Assembly (NCBI GenBank): GCA_023334545.1
Contig: JAADVB010000016.1
Span: 62,001-126,000 of the forward strand
Length of the DNA: 64,000 bases
Reading direction: 5' to 3'
Origin: Salisapilia sapeloensis CBS 127946
Taxonomy: Eukaryota; Protista; Oomycota
Shown in pieces: positions 10,619 through 21,751 of the stretch (position 1 is the stretch's first letter; the number at the start of each line of letters is the position of its first letter). Position numbers and translations under genes: made by a program. Below the pieces are notes generated by a model. The model was not told where the DNA came from, ran no database searches, and was given only the letters and a program-made list of their open reading frames with translations.

Positions 10619-12850
10619 ATGAAGCTTCCCAAGGTACTTTGCGACATTAGAATCTTAAACACTCACAGTGTATGCTCTCCACTACTACTTTTCTCATCGT
10701 ACATGCTGCCTTTATAGAACAAAGAAAAAGAGGAATGTCAGTACAGCGAAGAAAAGGATGAAGCAATATTTTATTTAAGACGCTTTTCGAATCGCATCAA
10801 TCATTACTTTCGAGGGACTTCACTCAAATCTCTCTTGTCAAAATCTGCATCTCCTCGCTTCCTGGAAAGAGAAGATAGACTTGCACGAATTGGACCGCTT
10901 AAGAACAGTAAACGAGTTGGCAAGACTTCTACTAGCTGGTCCGGTTTTATCTACCGCTTTCTTCAAGTCCAGCATTACAGGTCGATTAAAGAGACTTTCC
11001 ACGATGGGAAGGAGCTAAATAGCGACCTCATTGTCACCATGATAGAGTTTCTTATCATTGCGGTTTCTGCAGTGCAATTAGAAATGGCTTTCCGATCATC
11101 GTATTGGGTACGATACACTCTATTTTCTACTAGGAAGTACTTATCACTGTGTTCGCTTGACTTTAGCAAGATATGAAAATCTGCAAGAGCCTAGGCGTGT
11201 GTCCAAACTCAAATAGCCTTGAACGCTACGACGATCTCTTAGCTACCAATTGCCTTCGCACCGTCATCGTAGTGCTATCTCTTGTTAGGCTCTTTATACG
11301 AGCTCACTTTCTTTACTACCATTATGGAAGATATCCGAGTCAGAGCAAGAAACTCAGAGCTGTAAGCATTTCGAACACTTTCTTATAGCTGATAGTTTGT
11401 AGGTCTTACAATGTCTGCCTTGAGTAGAAAAGAATAGGCGCTTGGGTATTTGAAGTAGTGGGAACACTCATCCTGCCAATACCATGTATTGAGCACATGC
11501 TTACCAAATTCGACACTCTACTCTGGCTAAGTGCAGCAACTGTCTTTCGAATCTTGTGCTGGAAATACGTCTTATCTGCGCCATATCCACTCCGCCAAAG
11601 AGATAACGTAACCTGTCTAAGTGTCCATTTAGGTATGCCCTCAGCTATACCTTTATATACTGTATATTAAATTCTTTGATAATATAATTGTAAACGCTAG
11701 ATTTTAAATACCACGATTTCGTGGTCAAGAAAGTTATGGATGAGCAGCCATTCCGCAAGATCCTGACGTTAAACATATTTGTAGTTGTGATTTCATCATA
11801 CCTCATTCATCTTCAAGAAACGATGCATCGTGACTGTATCTTAGTCGGTCCTTCTCACGATAACCAGTCACTCTGTGGACCGAGCAATATTGTTTGTGAT
11901 GAAGTTCGGTCGAGTGACGTACTGTGGCTAACGACGACATCATTTCTTAAAATCGGGTTCGTCGGCATAGTTTTTCTGTACAAGGATCTGACTTGTAATG
12001 ATTTTACTCGTGTCTAGCTTTGGTCGATATGCTCCTCAATCACCTGGAGGTCGTATCATCATCTCGGTTGCTATCTGCCTTGTGGTTTTCATCAACGCGC
12101 TCTTGTTTTCGATTGTAATAAAGAAATTATGCTTCTCGTCGATGGAGTACCGAGTCCATGCTTTCCTCTTTCGTATGGGTCTGAACCATCACAAAGAACA
12201 AAGCGCGATTTTGGCTGTCCAAGCTACCGTTCGATACGTGAAGTCGTACAGAGAGTCTCTGATTTGGCATCAGAAACAAGGCAATGAGCTCTTCTTTCGA
12301 CCGCTTTCAGCCGTACGAATCTATATGGCATATGATATATTCGTGGACTGACGATTGTGTGATGCTGTAGCGGCTACCGAATGAAGTCAAGAAGAAGTTA
12401 TACCTTGCAAACTTCCAAAATGTATTGAAGGACATAACGAAATACAACACCGACGGAGATCCTGTGAACGGGTTTTCTCGGCACATTGAAGTGATCACTG
12501 CTGCATTAGGCATGACATTTTACGAAATCACACACTTAAAACGCACGTACTACCGACGAAGTCGTGTTCTCGAGGATCGACGTAAGCGCGCAAATGAACC
12601 TGTAGCAGCGCCAAATAAAATGCAAGAGGTACAACATGAAAGCATCAGCGACGATAGAACGAATACAGGTGACCTACCACTTCGAGCAATTGAAGAGATA
12701 ATAGCAGGTACTGTGCCAAAGAAACATACACAGACAGCAGTGTCAGAAGAGCCTCCAGCGTGGGCTATGGAAATGATGACAATGTGCCAACAGACAGCCG
12801 AGATCTTGCAAAAGATGCAGGTAGACATCAAGAGCATCTCCAGCGATTAA
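10619..12850 (+). CDS. SK/KCa2-like Ca2+-activated K+ channel homologue, multi-exon
   Basis: 6-TM architecture. The spliced pore reads VLWLTTTSFLKIGFGRYAPQSPGGR, followed by S6 (INALLFSIVIKKLCFSSMEYRVHAFL) and a calmodulin-binding-domain-like helix (HHKEQSAILAVQATVRY). The start exon (10619-10669) is inferred from GT/AG sites. Confidence 0.75.
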
Positions 12851-12952
12851 GTAAAGATTCAGACTAGGTGACATTGAAAAGATCAACCAATAGTACACAA
12901 GTTGCTTTAAAATCAAATATGATCATTTTCATTGTTAAGTTTTAGATGCTCT

Positions 12953-14622
12953 TTACTGAGGGCACTTCCAGCTTTCTTCTAGCAATTGGGTAAAGTGTTC
13001 ATCGTTTAGGACCACGGCGGAAATGTCTGCATAGACTTCAAGAAACTCCGCCAATGTAATCTGACGACCTCCCTGTTTAAAGATATTAACGAAAAAGAAA
13101 TTTGCAAACAAATGTGATTGCAACACTTACAGAGTTTGAATTTGACCATAGCTCACGATACTCCTTCATTGCTTGGTCATGGCTAATAGTACCGTCGTGC
13201 ATACGAACATCAATCCTCGGGTCGTAGCTGGCGCAGAGTGCATCTAGACTTACGCCTTCCATCCAACTTGACAATCGATCATAGGCCTGTGTCATCATTC
13301 TCTCTCGTGTCGACGAAGGAGCAATACGCAAGGCAGCTACGAGGTTCTGCAGAGGAAAATGTCCATTTTGCCTCTATACATCCAAAAATAAGTAGTGTTA
13401 ATGTCAGTACCCATAGAGTGTGAAAACTATAAGGAAGTATATCTACCATGTCGAACGCGTTGAATAAAATGTCGAAGTGGCCATCCCGTAGAGGCAAATT
13501 GAACTTCTTAAGGAACCACATGCATTCATCCCGGTCGATGCTGCTCGATCCTTTCACTTCATATTGTGCTAGTGCTGCCATGAATGCACGATATGAATAG
13601 AGACTTGGTGCTGCGATGCACTTCTGTATAACTGAGATGACCGAGTCAGGGTTTGGAAACGCTGGTAGCAGTCGGTTATCAATCGCATCTTCTGGTCGGG
13701 AAGCCAGCATCATGCTCCATGTATTTGGTGGTAGACTTGCCATACCAATTGTATCGGCAGTACGAGTACCAGCCACTTCACCTGCCAAGTTGTGCCGCTT
13801 TCCTGTACTCCTTGCAGCACACCCACAAACTTCCAGCTCCAATCCAAAGTCAGTGGGTTGCTTGTTTCCCGCCTCAGTGAAAAGAGGTTTGCCCGTCATC
13901 TTATGAACTATCGATATACGGTCTCCTGCACAAACTTCTTCTCCAGAGGATAACATCTTTTCCCGACCAGCAAGATCAGCGCGAACGCATGTCCAAAGCG
14001 CACTACTATCAGCTATCGGTGCCATATAGATGCGTTGATTATACGTTATTGGGCTCATTGACCTCTCGTTTTTGACACTCGTCTTAAGGAAGAGTGGTTC
14101 ACGCATCAGGACACTTTTCTCATCCACTAGTAGCGCTTCATTTGCCATCAGCATAAATGGTTCCCCATAGTGCAAAACGGATCCAGCAGTTTCTAAAAAG
14201 TTAGCCGGGACGCCAGACTTGACGGACTTGAACTCGGTAGGAGATATGATGCGGAAGGTGTTTCGAGCACAGGAAGCCGTAGCTCCGGAAGTTGCGATAG
14301 CAGTCACGACATATTCGCCTGATCCGATGCAAGGTGTTTCCTCAAACACATTGCAAGCCAAAGCACTCCCGGTTTCGACATGCTTAATGCCAATGGCTAG
14401 ATTAAAGTGAAGGTTTCCGGAGGACTCGAATGACCGAGGCGCTGGTTGATGCAAAAAGTCATTTTTCAGCTTGTGCGTCGCCAGCAGAGAGCCTTGCGTC
14501 TTACGAAGTTCGAACTCTTTCATACGCGCTTCCTCTAGCATCAAGTCTTCATTCCAATTTCCTAGACGGGTGCATGGCGCGTATCGGCCGGCACCCATTA
14601 GTTGCTGAGGCGTGAATTGCAT
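12953..14622 (-). CDS. CFAP161-like flagellar protein fused to a C-terminal calcyphosin-like EF-hand region
   Basis: N-terminus RYAPCTRLGNWNEDLMLEEARMKEF matches the CFAP161/C15orf26 pattern RIGNWNEDxYLEE. Spliced C-terminal exons end GGRQITLAEFLEVYADISAVVLNDEHFTQLLEESWKCPQ* (stop 12953-12955), like calcyphosin GQVTLAEFxDYYxxVSAS. Confidence 0.75.
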
Positions 14623-14950
14623 CTTGATGGTATACTACAAGCTACGGTTCTTGCTTTGTAAGGCTTTAATTTTGTTCTGCGCTCTACATTTAGATCGAGC
14701 GTAAAGATCACTTTTGTGTCCGTTTCATTGCCCAGGTTTCCACATCCAAAGTAAATAGTGATGCGTTTTAACTAGTACGTAGGATATTGTACTTAGTTTC
14801 ATTCCAATCGCAGGGAAATGATATGCCATTTAAGAGCATAAGACTTCACTTGTCGATTAGAAGCGATGCACATTTGCCGTCGTTAGCAACCGTTATTTCC
14901 ATCATTGAGGCGCGCCTCCTCATCCAACTTCTTAACGTCCGAAAGATACG

Positions 14951-15307
14951 ATGAGCGTCTATACTTTACTGTCATGCTTTCTGCTTTTAGTACGCATAGC
15001 CTCGGCAGATCCGAGTCTCATTCAATGTGTCTGCAATTCTACGATTGCCGGAGTGAACGTCGGAAACTCAGTTACCACGACAGATACGTCCCAAATATCC
15101 AAATTAAAACTTCCTAGCTGCACGAACGATGTATTTTCCACGACTGGCATTCGCTGGTATATCGATGGACCGATTCAGAGCGACGTGACATACTGGCAAA
15201 AGAACGAATCTGACTATAGTGACGGCCGAGCTGCTCAACGACTTATTCGCCTCGGATATCGCTGCTCACGTACGCAACTCTACATCCCAAAGATCATTTA
15301 CACGTAG
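14951..15307 (+). CDS. Small putative secreted protein (118 aa)
   Basis: ATG-initiated ORF with a hydrophobic signal peptide (MSVYTLLSCFLLLVRIASA) and four Cys in the mature part. No recognisable family. Confidence 0.5.
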   Translation: MSVYTLLSCFLLLVRIASADPSLIQCVCNSTIAGVNVGNSVTTTDTSQISKLKLPSCTNDVFSTTGIRWYIDGPIQSDVTYWQKNESDYSDGRAAQRLIRLGYRCSRTQLYIPKIIYT

Positions 15308-15395
15308 ACTAGAGCTATTTTCAAAAAATCAAATGTATTCGACGCGAAGTCCTAAACGTGCGAGGCTAAATACAGCATTCTTCGTCACTGATCGC

Positions 15396-17403
15396 TTAAA
15401 GATGTGCCTTCTTGTACTTAATAAAGCGGCCAAGGTTCGACAACATCTCGGATACGTGCGTCGCAAGAGCACGGTCCAGCTGCTTTCTCTCCGCTCGGAG
15501 TTTGCTGCGCACAGCCGATCGCGTCTGTTCTAGCACTGGCAAGAAGTTTAAGTTCTTGAAATTGCCATCAAAGTCCTCTCCGCCATACACGTCAAAGACT
15601 GCGTTCAAGGCTTCAGCCACGACCTCTAGACTCTGGTCTCCTAACGCAGACAACAGACAGCGGCCAATGATTTCGTTTTCACTCATGGTCTTCGTGCTAC
15701 TGCCAACACATCCTAAGAGTCCAACCGTATTGACACGAGCCTCTCTCGATTGAGACTGCAGTGCATTGTTCATAAGCATACGCGCTTCGTCGGATGTGAT
15801 CGGAAGCGTCTGCTTCTCTGCTGCCGCTCGTCGATGGGCAGACCACATAGCTGCCGTCGCGGCCGCTTCAAAGTTTTCGCTGTCATCACTCTCCAAATCG
15901 AATGAGAATGTCGAAGCGGGTGCTTCCAATCGCACATTGGCATACAACATGCAAAGATTACGAAAGACTTGAGCAACGGTTTCACTCCCCATCTTGTCCC
16001 ACGCCTCCGTCTGCATCAAGTTATTCAATGCATTGCAGACACGAATGCGCATACCCATGAAGTCCCGAGCAACGACTTTGTTGGATAATGTCGGGACGGT
16101 CACGAGGCCTTGGAGGATCGTCACACATTGGTGGAACACTCCAGTCTTGGCCAGCGCCTTTGCTGCTGCAGACGTATTGAATGGGATGCTAGATGAGTCT
16201 GAGTCCATCTGCGAATTGGCATACTCTTCCATCGCGTCTTCGTCATCACTTGCCCACTCCTCTTCTTCAATCTCATCTTCATCATATGCCGTCGCCATGT
16301 CCGTCACGAGTTCCATGGCGAGGTTCAGAGTCTGGACGTTGTCTTTCCAAATACGCACTTTCATCTGTGCAGACGCGATGGATGCTCGTTTCTCTTCGGC
16401 AGCAACGTCATCCTCCGCATCATTTTCTAAATCAACTTCATGGGCCAAATCCCAGTTCTCGACAGCCTGTTGGGCCGACTGTATGACTGTCACAGCGTCA
16501 TACGCGAGCGCAGCTTCGACAGTCGGTAAGAGACGAGCAACATTTTCCGCAGTTTCATTGATTTCCTTCACATTCATCGCAATGCCGACCGCTAGGAGGC
16601 GGACGTGGAGCGTCAAAGACGTTGACTGGATGAGTTCGCCTAAAATAGTCTGGTACTCGGCGCTAGCACCGATCGTGCGGCTCAATTGGTCATTGCCTTC
16701 TGTCACAAGAAGCAACAGTTTTAACGTTTCCATGTGCAAACCCAAGTGGCTTGTGGCGCGTTGAGCAATGCGCATGACCGGGTCGAAGAGCTGTGCTTGG
16801 GTGAGCTCATTGATGGCCGATTGGCAGCTTTCACAAAGGTTGGATAGCAAAGCAATACACTGCTCTAGGAGCTGAATCGTCTGCACGTTCTTCTCTTCCA
16901 GTGAAGCTTCAGACGATGCGTCCGAGATCAATTTAACGAGCGGCGTGATCGCATTCGCTTTAATCAATTGATCACACACGTCTGCTCCACCTGTCACACT
17001 GATGTTCCGAAGAGCGCCAACAGCATGTAGACGGACCATGGGTAAAGCATCGACCATCCGAGGAATGAGTTTTTGGAATAAACCGTTGGCAATCATCTTG
17101 TGCAGTTTCTCCCGCTGTCTTCTCTCCTTATCCGGATCAACGTCATCGCCAAACATATTCGCCAGCATGACACATGTCGCTTCTCGAACAGAGCCTTGGA
17201 GGTCTACCAACTACGCATATCGTTACCATCATAACGACTCAAAAATGTATTCAAGAGCATACCCCTTGGAAGAGCTGTTGCTCATCCTGTTGCAACGACA
17301 CCATTTCGTTCCCTGCCATACTAACATCAGCAGCGGAAGGAGCTCCATTCGGCTGCTGTTGCTTCTTATGGCTAATCGACCGTAACTTCTTCGCTTTGCC
17401 CAT
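15396..17403 (-). CDS. HEATR3: HEAT repeat-containing protein 3 / Syo1 (uL5-uL18 import adaptor), 2 exons
   Basis: Basic N-terminus MGKAKKLRS, ARM/HEAT repeats (VRLHAVGALRNISVTGGADVC), an acidic insertion, and C-terminal EVVAEALNAVFDVYG. One GT-AG intron at about 17210-17265. Confidence 0.85.
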
Positions 17404-17569
17404 GGTTGTTCCGATACTAAAGGTCCTCGAGGCCAATGAAAGGTGTAGCCATTCCTTTGACAGATCACGCAATCACCTCCTTCTATCCTAAAAATATGTG
17501 GCGCACATTAACCCAGGCTTCAAGCTCACGCAATCGCTTGTCCATTATCCGTCCGATCCCTTCTCGATT

Positions 17570-18953
17570 ATGCTCCGTCAATCTGCTCAGACGCTGCTGC
17601 GTCTTCCGAATCAACGGCTTTTCTCCTCTGCCTCCAAAGGCTCGCGCAACGGCCTTGTCGATCGTCTTCGTGACGAACTTGCAGATATCGAAGCTGCAGG
17701 CACGTACAAACACGAGCGTGTCTTAACCACCGCCCAAGGTGCTTCGATCGGCGTCAAGCAACAAACACTTGGAGAAGCCAACGTTCTGAATTTCTGTGCC
17801 AACAACTACTTGGGACTAAGCAATCACCCTCGTGTCGTAAACGCTGCCAAAGCAACGTTGGACACGCACGGCTTTGGTCTCAGCTCCGTTCGATTCATCG
17901 TCGGTACGCAAGATATTCACAAGCGTCTCGAGCGTGTCATCTCTGAATTCCACGGCACGGAAGATACAATCCTGTACCCGTCCTGTTTCGACGCGAACGC
18001 CGGTATTTTTGAGTGTCTCCTTGGACCAGAAGATGCGATCCTCACGGACGAGCTCAACCACGCATCCATCATCGATGGCGTTCGTCTGAGTAAAGCCGAG
18101 CGTCATCGTTTCACGCATATGGATATGAACGATTTAGAAACGAAATTGAAAAACACACAGCACTGCCGTACTCGTTTCATTGTCACCGACGGTGTCTTTA
18201 GTATGGACGGAGATGTCGCGCCGCTGGACAAGATCTGCGATCTAGCAGACGCCTACGACGCTCAAGTGTTCGTGGATGAATGTCACGCGACGGGATTCTT
18301 CGGCGCCACTGGTAGAGGCAGTGACGAATACTGTGGTGTCCAAGGACGCGTAGACGTGATCAACTCGACGCTCGGCAAAGCGCTTGGAGGCAGCACGGGT
18401 GGGTACACTACTGGTCGACAGGAAGTCGTCGACATGTTGCGTCAACGCAGTCGTCCGTACCTCTTTTCCAACTCGCTTGGTCCACCTGTCGTTGGAGCCT
18501 CGTTGGAAGTGTTTAACATGCTGTCCGAGTCGTCCGAGTACACAGACAAGATCAAGGAGAACACGCACCGATTCCGCGACCGTATGACGGAAGCTGGCTT
18601 CACCCTCGGAGGTGCTAGGTACGTAACTAATCGAATCTTTATCGTTGCAATTGGACTAAATATGTATGCGTAGGGACCATCCGATTGCTCCCGTGATGAT
18701 CGGAGACGCGAGACTGGCGTCGCAATTGGCAGACGAGATGCTCAAGTGCAGCATCTACGTCATCGGATTCAGCTACCCCGTACATACACTCCAGATACTC
18801 TTACGTAGATAGAAACTAATCATGCATGCCTAGGTCGTGCCTAAGGACAAGGCTCGTGTGCGTGTCCAATTGAGTGCCGCCCACAGTCTCGAAGACGTGG
18901 ACAAGGCTGTGGATGCCTTCATTAAGTGTGGCAAGGATCTCAAGATCATCTAA
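17570..18953 (+). CDS. GCAT: Mitochondrial 2-amino-3-ketobutyrate CoA ligase (glycine C-acetyltransferase), 3 exons
   Basis: Mitochondrial-type presequence, [37 protein letters not shown] and the PLP lysine in STLGKALGG. Two introns restore [10 protein letters not shown]...[17 protein letters not shown]. Confidence 0.95.
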
Positions 18954-18973
18954 AAGAAAAGAAAAAGAATCGA

Positions 18974-19534
18974 TCAAAGCATGATGCTGACTTTATCTTT
19001 GGAAGAAGATGGTAGTAGTCGATGGTGTTTCATCAGCGCCACTTGGCTTTTCGAATCCATAAAAGCTTTCCTATACCCTTCTAGCGTCGTCTGGTGCGCG
19101 CGTTGGAGATAGTCCTTTTGCTCTCGAACGACGCGTGTACGATTGCCATCGCCATCCGAAATACACACCATGATCGTGTTATCAGGTACTTGTTCTTTTG
19201 CAGCGATCACGACGCCAGTCCCGATGGTGCAATTGTCACCTACGACAGAGCCGTCCTGGAGCTCGACATTCGGCTCAATCCAGTTGGCATTCCCCATACG
19301 GACGCAGCGAAGGACACTACCACTCTCGATCATGTTATCAGATCCAATGATCATATCCGCAGAAGCATGGACTAGAACGCGGTCCTCGAGGACGCAGCGT
19401 TCGCCGACACGAATGCTGGCCGTGTGGGCATTCATATGGCAACCTGGATGAACGATAGTGCCGGTGGAAATGGAGATCTCCCCCTCCAGCTTCGCCTCCT
19501 CGCACACGGCAGCGCCATACTCGATCTCGATCAT
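18974..19534 (-). CDS. DCTN6: Dynactin subunit 6 (p27), left-handed beta-helix
   Basis: GAAVCEEAKLEGEISISTGTIVHP...IRVGERCVLED...MIIGSDNMIESG hexapeptide repeats. Confidence 0.85.
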   Translation of the reverse strand: MIEIEYGAAVCEEAKLEGEISISTGTIVHPGCHMNAHTASIRVGERCVLEDRVLVHASADMIIGSDNMIESGSVLRCVRMGNANWIEPNVELQDGSVVGDNCTIGTGVVIAAKEQVPDNTIMVCISDGDGNRTRVVREQKDYLQRAHQTTLEGYRKAFMDSKSQVALMKHHRLLPSSSKDKVSIML

Positions 19535-19588
19535 GGCGTGGAGAATGTTGACTGAGATAAAGTATGGAAAAAACAACAAAACACACAA

Positions 19589-20698
19589 ATGGCTCGATTG
19601 ATTGATGGCAAGGCAGTGGCCAAGGCTTTAAGGTCATCGCTGAAACGAGAAGTGCAGGACCTGACGCAACGACATGGCAGAGTGAGTCGGACATCGATGG
19701 CGTCTACTGCTATCAGTTTTAAAGTAGTCAAGAGCTTACACGAGCCATTCAAATGATGTCGTAGCCGCCTGCATTAGGCTTGATCATGGTCGGTGATCGA
19801 AAGGACTCGGCCATGTATGTCAAGACAAAGCATACTGCTTGTAAAAAAACTGGCATCCGATCATTGGACTATGTTTTCGACGAAAATATCAGCGAAGTAG
19901 GTTTTCGTAGATAGTTCCAAGCGTCGTTTATTCTCACTGAAATGGCAAGAGTAGACGACTGTCCTGAACCAAATCAAAGAGCTAAATGAGGACCCGACGA
20001 TTGATGGCATCCTTCTCCAAGTACATGCTACTAGCAGCGCTATTGTAAACTAGAAGAACATACTTATTTCATGCAATTAGCTGCCACTACCGGATCAAAT
20101 GGACCCACAAGCCATGCTGGACGAAATCAGACCATCCAAAGATGTCGATGGTCTCCATCCTTTCAACGTCGGCGAACTGACGATGCGAGGAAGGTATCCG
20201 TACCTCCTTCCATGCACAGCTCAAGGCATCCTCGCGCTGCTGGATCACGCAGAGGTAGAATTAGAAGGCAAAACTGCCGTCGTGATCGGTCGCAGCAACC
20301 TCGTGGGCACACCTGTGACAATGCTCCTCCAGAAACGGAATGCGACTGTCATCCAATGCCACAAGAAATCAGACGATATCGCTCAATACACTCGTCAAGC
20401 CGACGTTGTCGTCGCGGCGTGTGGCCAGCCATATTTAGTAAAAGGTGACTGGATAAAGCCAGGAGCAACTGTCATTGACGTTGGTATCAACTTTGTCACA
20501 GACGACCCTCAGCAAGACTTGCTTTACCATGGTCAAGTCAATCGAGATGGATACAAACTCGTCGGAGACGTGCATTTCGACCAAGTCAAGCAAATCGCCG
20601 GTGCTCTCACACCCGTTCCAGGTGGCGTCGGCCCCATGACAATCGCCATGCTCCTCCGAAACGTCGTCGAAGCTTATAAGCGCCATACCAAGGCATAG
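19589..20698 (+). CDS. folD: Bifunctional methylenetetrahydrofolate dehydrogenase/cyclohydrolase, multi-exon
   Basis: MARLIDGKAVA, YVKTKHTAC, LNEDPTIDGILLQLPLP, KDVDGLHP, PCTAQG, GRSNLVG, VIDVGIN and TPVPGGVGPMT motifs. Confidence 0.95.
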
Positions 20699-20833
20699 AA
20701 AATCCTAGAGAGTCGTCCTCCTTTGCACTTCTTTCCACTATACTCTTACGTTGTTCCAGTCAAGAAAGGCGGTACAATCCACTTACAAAAGTCAAGTGAG
20801 TTTACCTCTGTGACTAACGCAAGTGTCCGATTG

Positions 20834-20860
20834 CCAATCAGCGGTCATTCTTCCATTTCT
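20834..20860 (+). promoter_or_regulatory. Oomycete-type core promoter: CCAAT box plus Inr/FPR-like element
   Basis: CCAAT at 20834-20838 and TCATTCTTCCATTTCT at 20845-20860 resemble the oomycete YCATTYY-NCAWTTTNC consensus, about 50-70 nt upstream of the elicitin-like ATG. Confidence 0.55.
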
Positions 20861-20911
20861 TTCTCCACGTCTCTCGATCCGTTCCTACGTCGGTCCGTGC
20901 CTTTGAAGATC

Positions 20912-21631
20912 ATGAAGGTCTATGCTTCGATCCTCGCTGTTGCAGTCTGCACTGGATATGTATCTGCAGAAGCCCAAGCCAGTAGATGCACCAAGGATGA
21001 AATCCATGAAATTAACGACACCAATAATGTTGACAAGCAGCCTGCGTCTGCTTGCTCCTTACGTCTGGACGAACAGGACTTGTCCTCGCTGCCTTCGAGT
21101 CGACTCTGCACAGTAAACGAGTGCGTCGATTGGCTCAAGGTCGCGAGTAAGCTGCCCGACTGCGTCTACGACGGTGTCAACTACGGCAGCAGCTATGCAT
21201 ACAAACTATCAGACTGCATCGATGTCCCCTCTGGTAGTCGCGATGCCAGCGAATCTGCGGCGTCTGCCGGACTGATAGACAGCTCTGAAGACGGCTCCGA
21301 AGTCAACAGCTCTGATTCGAAAGCTGAAGCATCGGCCGGGTCGGACGTCGCTTCCGACGCTGACTCTATTTCTGCTTCCTCGTCCTTGACCGGTACGGCG
21401 AGCGGATCGGACGATGACAGTGGCAGTGAGCCAGAGGTCGGTGACGACAGCGGTAGCAGCACGTTTTCGATCGACCCGCTACCGACCGCTTCGAGCTCTG
21501 GCTCCGACTCGGAATCCGAGTCCGCCACTTCGTCTGACTCGAAAGCGAGTGGCTCGGACGCTGCTTCGATGCAGTCTGTCGCCATGACTATGACTTGTGT
21601 TGCTATGGCTGCTGCTGTCTACCTTGCCTAA
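20912..21631 (+). CDS. Elicitin-like protein (ELL) with Ser-rich stalk and probable GPI signal
   Basis: Signal peptide, six Cys spaced C-21-C-17-C-4-C-12-C-17-C, an S/D/G-rich tail and a hydrophobic C-terminus (SVAMTMTCVAMAAAVYLA). Confidence 0.85.
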   Translation: MKVYASILAVAVCTGYVSAEAQASRCTKDEIHEINDTNNVDKQPASACSLRLDEQDLSSLPSSRLCTVNECVDWLKVASKLPDCVYDGVNYGSSYAYKLSDCIDVPSGSRDASESAASAGLIDSSEDGSEVNSSDSKAEASAGSDVASDADSISASSSLTGTASGSDDDSGSEPEVGDDSGSSTFSIDPLPTASSSGSDSESESATSSDSKASGSDAASMQSVAMTMTCVAMAAAVYLA

Positions 21632-21751
21632 GCATCTATGTCTAGTACAGGCAGCTTTGTTTTTCTTTTTTGACTTTTGGACATACATGAAGAGCATGCT
21701 TTCAATACGAAACGACTTTCCTAGTGCTTTCAACGCCATGTGGTTATAGAT

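Noticed and set aside
17570-20698. GCAT and folD as a glycine/one-carbon gene cluster
   Set aside because: Only two genes, separated by unrelated DCTN6, so adjacency is compatible with chance without synteny data.
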